Positions 60,869 through 64,000 of a stretch of 64,000 nucleotides of DNA are shown here, piece by piece. The stretch lies in contig CAVPSB010000012.1 of assembly GCA_963708025.1 (NCBI GenBank), forward strand, positions 192,001 through 256,000, written 5' to 3'. Origin of the DNA: an uncultured Candidatus Rokubacteria bacterium (GTDB lineage Bacteria > Methylomirabilota > Methylomirabilia > Rokubacteriales > DASRDR01). The stretch's first letter is position 1. Each line of letters opens with the position of its first letter. The notes beneath the pieces were generated by a model. It saw only the letters and a program-made list of their open reading frames with translations, was not told the origin of the DNA and did no database searches. Position numbers and translations under genes: made by a program.

Positions 60869-62425
60869 ATGGCACAGGACAGGGCACGGAACGCGGGGCT
60901 CGGCAGGCGGGAGATGCTCGGTGTCCTCGGGGCCGGCGTGGCCGCGAGCGCGGCGCCTCGCTGGGCGGGCGCCCAGGTGGCGAAGAGCGTGGACACCCTC
61001 AAGGTGGCCATCTCGGGCGACCCCGGCGCCCTCCAGCCGTGGATCGTCAACGGGATGCCGATGTTCTCCACCTTCTGGCCGACCGTCTACGAGTCGATTC
61101 TCTGGCACGACGAGAAGATGAACCTCGTCCCGAACCTGGCCGAGAAGTGGGAGGTCAGCGGCGCCGACATCAAGCTGTATCTGAAGAAAGGCGTCACCTA
61201 CCACAACGGCAAGCCGTTCGACGCGGAGTCGGTCAAGTACGCCGTGGAGTGGATCACGGCGCCGACGTCCAAGGCGCTGTGGAAGTCGATGATCGCGGCC
61301 ATCAAGCGGACGACGATCCACGACGCCCACACCATCACGCTCCACATGGAGAAGCCCTTCCGCTCGGTGCTGATGAACCTGGTCACCATCGCCATGATCG
61401 AGCCGGGCCACGCCCAGGCGGTGGGCGACCGGATCGGACTCCAGCCGGTGGGCACCGGCCCCTACCGGTTCGTGGAGTACGTGCCGGGCTCCCACCTGAT
61501 CATCGAGCGCAACGAGGGCTACTACGGGCCCAAGCCGAAGATCGCGCGCATGCACTTCCGGTGGATCCCGGAGAACGGCACCCGGCTCTCGGCGCTGGAG
61601 TCGGGCGAGGTCCACTTCATCAACAACGTGCCGCCGGACCAGGTGGGTCGCGTCGAGGGGAACGCCAAGCTGAAGCTCCTCAGCACGCCGACCGCCCGCA
61701 TCATCTACATGGCGTTCCGGTGCGACCGCGCGCCGTTCAGCGACAAGCGGGTGCGCCAGGCGATCAACTTCGCGGTGGACAAGCAGGCCATCACGAAGAA
61801 CATCTTGCGCGGCAAGGCCCAGGCGGCGACCACGCCCATCGCGCCGATGATCCTGGGCGGCGACGCCAGCCTGCCCCCTTACAACTACGATCCCGAGAAG
61901 GCCAAGGCGCTCCTCAAGGCGGCGGGAGCCGAGGGGGCGACCGTCAACATGGGCTCGCCCAACGGGCGCTACATCATGGACCGGCAGGTGGCGGAGGCGG
62001 TCCAGGGCTACCTCCAGAAGGTCGGGCTCAAGGTGACCCTGGAGACGCCCGAGTGGGCCACCTACCTGGGCGAGGTGGTGAAGGGCGACAAGTCCAAGTA
62101 CGACATGCACCTCCTCGGGTGGGGCGTCATCACCATGGAGCCGGACTACCAGGTCCGTGACCACTACCACTCGGCGAACAACGCCAAGTGGAACGCCTAC
62201 ACCAACAAGGAGCTCGATCGGGCGATGGACGAGGCGGTGCTCATCATGGACCCCGCCAAGGCCCGGCCCGCCTACCACAAGATCTTCGCGACCGTGTGGG
62301 AGGACGCGCCGTGGCTCTTCCTGCACTACCAGCCCGAGCTGATCGGCGTCAACAAGCGCCTGACGAACTTCGCGCCGCTACCCGATGAGTGGCTCCGATT
62401 CCCCACCATCGACCTGCCAGCTTGA
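60869..62425 (+). CDS. Peptide/nickel ABC substrate-binding protein (family 5), Tat-like signal
   Basis: RREMLG, PNLAEKW, HNGKPFDA, PVGTGPY, VRQAINFAVD. Confidence 0.93.
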   Translation: MAQDRARNAGLGRREMLGVLGAGVAASAAPRWAGAQVAKSVDTLKVAISGDPGALQPWIVNGMPMFSTFWPTVYESILWHDEKMNLVPNLAEKWEVSGADIKLYLKKGVTYHNGKPFDAESVKYAVEWITAPTSKALWKSMIAAIKRTTIHDAHTITLHMEKPFRSVLMNLVTIAMIEPGHAQAVGDRIGLQPVGTGPYRFVEYVPGSHLIIERNEGYYGPKPKIARMHFRWIPENGTRLSALESGEVHFINNVPPDQVGRVEGNAKLKLLSTPTARIIYMAFRCDRAPFSDKRVRQAINFAVDKQAITKNILRGKAQAATTPIAPMILGGDASLPPYNYDPEKAKALLKAAGAEGATVNMGSPNGRYIMDRQVAEAVQGYLQKVGLKVTLETPEWATYLGEVVKGDKSKYDMHLLGWGVITMEPDYQVRDHYHSANNAKWNAYTNKELDRAMDEAVLIMDPAKARPAYHKIFATVWEDAPWLFLHYQPELIGVNKRLTNFAPLPDEWLRFPTIDLPA

Positions 62426-62432
62426 CGAAGGG

Positions 62433-62493
62433 GGGGTCAGGCCTTTCATTCTCGACGATCTGATGAATTGTCAAGAATGAAAGGCCTGACCCC
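62433..62493. repeat. REP-like 20-bp perfect inverted repeat
   Basis: GGGGTCAGGCCTTTCATTCT ... AGAATGAAAGGCCTGACCCC. Confidence 0.8.
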
Positions 62494-63417
62494 ATGAGTC
62501 TCCGCTACGTCGTCCGGCGGTCGCTCCACTCCGTCGGCCTGCTGGTGGGGGTCAGCCTGGTCGTCTTCCTCCTCCTCCACGTCGTGCCGGGCGATCCGGC
62601 CCAGGTGCTCCTGGGCGACCAGGCCACGCCCCAGCGGGTGGCGGAGATCCGGACGGCGCTGGGGCTCGACCGGCCGCTCCCCGAGCAGTACTGGCGGTTC
62701 GCGAGCCGGGCGGTGCAGGGGGACTTCGGCCAGTCCATCCGGGCGATGCGGCCGGTGCTGCCCTACGTCGTCGAGCGCCTGCCGGCGACTTTGGAGCTGG
62801 CGCTCGGGGCCCTGCTCATCTCCACCGGCCTCGGCATCCCGCTCGGCGTCCTGGCGGCGGCTCGCCGCCGCTCGGCCTGGGACTTCTCGTCAACGGCGCT
62901 GGCGCTCCTGGCCCAGTCGGCGCCGAACTTCTGGGTGGGCCTGATCCTCATCACCGTTTTCTCGGTCAAGCTCGGGATCCTGCCGGTGTCCGGGCGTGGT
63001 GGGCTGGCGCACCTCGTGCTGCCCAGCGTCACGCTGGCCATCTTCTTCCTCGGCCTGGTGGTGCGGCTCACCCGCTCGGGCATGCTCGAGGTGCTGGCCC
63101 AGGACTACGTCCGCACCGCCGGCGCCAAGGGCCTGCCCGAGCGCCTCGTCGTCTTCCGGCACGCGCTGAAGAACGCCATGATCCCGATCGTCACCGTGCT
63201 CGGCCTCCAGGTCGGCACCTTGCTGAGCGGCGCGGTGGTGACGGAGACGGTCTTCGCCTGGCCGGGGATGGGGCAGCTGGCGGTGCAGGCGATCTATCAG
63301 CGTGACTACCCGGTGGTCCAGTGCATCGTGCTCCTCCTGGGCGGCGTGTTCGTCGTGGTCAACTGGCTGGTCGACATGAGCTACACACTGCTCGACCCTC
63401 GCATCCAGCATGGCTAG
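62494..63417 (+). CDS. DppB/OppB-like permease
   Basis: PGDPA, GLDRPL, DYVRTAGAKGL, RDYPVVQ. Confidence 0.93.
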   Translation: MSLRYVVRRSLHSVGLLVGVSLVVFLLLHVVPGDPAQVLLGDQATPQRVAEIRTALGLDRPLPEQYWRFASRAVQGDFGQSIRAMRPVLPYVVERLPATLELALGALLISTGLGIPLGVLAAARRRSAWDFSSTALALLAQSAPNFWVGLILITVFSVKLGILPVSGRGGLAHLVLPSVTLAIFFLGLVVRLTRSGMLEVLAQDYVRTAGAKGLPERLVVFRHALKNAMIPIVTVLGLQVGTLLSGAVVTETVFAWPGMGQLAVQAIYQRDYPVVQCIVLLLGGVFVVVNWLVDMSYTLLDPRIQHG

Positions 63418-63418
63418 T

Positions 63419-63542
63419 GGGCGGGGCCGATGAGCGTCGCATCGCGGCGTCCTCGGTCGTCGCCGATCCTCGGCGTACTCGGAGTACGCCTGCGGTCGGC
63501 GACTCCCTGCGTCCTAGCGCTGCTCGCTCCTCGGCCCCGCCC
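63419..63542 (+). repeat. Structured palindromic intergenic element, copy B
   Basis: Terminal inverted repeat GGGCGGGGCCGA; homologous to the reverse complement of 15480-15605. Confidence 0.8.
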
Positions 63543-63563
63543 CAAGGCCCACGCCGACGACTC

Positions 63564-64000
63564 ATGAACTGGACGAGCGTTCGCTGGCGGCGGGTTGGGC
63601 GGCACCGGGCCGCGGTGGCGGGGGCGCTGGTCGTCGTCCTGGTGGCCGGGACCGCGCTGGCGGCCGCCCGGCTGGCGCCGCGGGACCCGCTGGCCCAGGA
63701 GGTCATCGCCCGCCTGCAGGAGCCGGGCTGGAGCGACGGCAGCGGGTGGACGGCCTGGCTCGGCACCGATCACCTCGGGCGCGACATCCTCTCCCGTCTC
63801 GTCTACGGCAGCCGCATCTCGCTCCTCGATCAGCGTGACCAGCGTGGCCGGGTCGCTCCTGCTGGGGCTGGCCCTCGGGCTCCTGGCCGGGTTCTACGGC
63901 GGCCCCACCGACGCCGTGATCATGCGCCTGACCGACCTCCAGCTCGCCTTCCCGTTCATCCTGTTGGCGCTGGCCATCGTGGCGCTGCTGGGTCCGAGCC
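63564..64000 (+). CDS. DppC/OppC-like permease (partial; frameshift near 63830)
   Basis: LGTDHLGRDILSRLVYGSRISL, IMRLTDLQLAFP. Confidence 0.88.
   Translation, partial: MNWTSVRWRRVGRHRAAVAGALVVVLVAGTALAAARLAPRDPLAQEVIARLQEPGWSDGSGWTAWLGTDHLGRDILSRLVYGSRISLLDQRDQRGRVAPAGAGPRAPGRVLRRPHRRRDHAPDRPPARLPVHPVGAGHRGAAGSE

Overview
High-GC bacterial window. Gene content (AC-AAA cyclase, many Mo-hydroxylases, ABC systems, hydantoinases) suggests Ca. Rokubacteria/Methylomirabilota, which is inference only. Left to right: Lhr helicase; frameshifted coxS/coxL-like pair; DUF433/DUF5615 TA pair joined tail-to-tail to an adenylate cyclase fragment; a large Tat-exported protein; a minus-strand nucleoside/pyrimidine catabolic cluster (BMP-type ABC transporter, cytosine deaminase-like enzyme, barbiturase/AtzD-family enzyme, CoxLMS-like Mo-hydroxylase) interrupted by a Pif1 helicase and vapBC; a carotenoid tailoring operon ending in a 4-CxxCH cytochrome c; an IS91 remnant, a lower-GC orphan A-T-C-A-T NRPS, a tRNA 3' fragment and a trypsin-endonuclease fusion; a surface glycosylation cluster; hydantoinase/oxoprolinase genes with Liv- and Dpp-type ABC transporters. 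Intergenic spaces hold several palindromic repeat families, including a ~125-nt structured element present twice with compensatory stem changes. Clustered single-base frameshifts probably reflect sequencing error.
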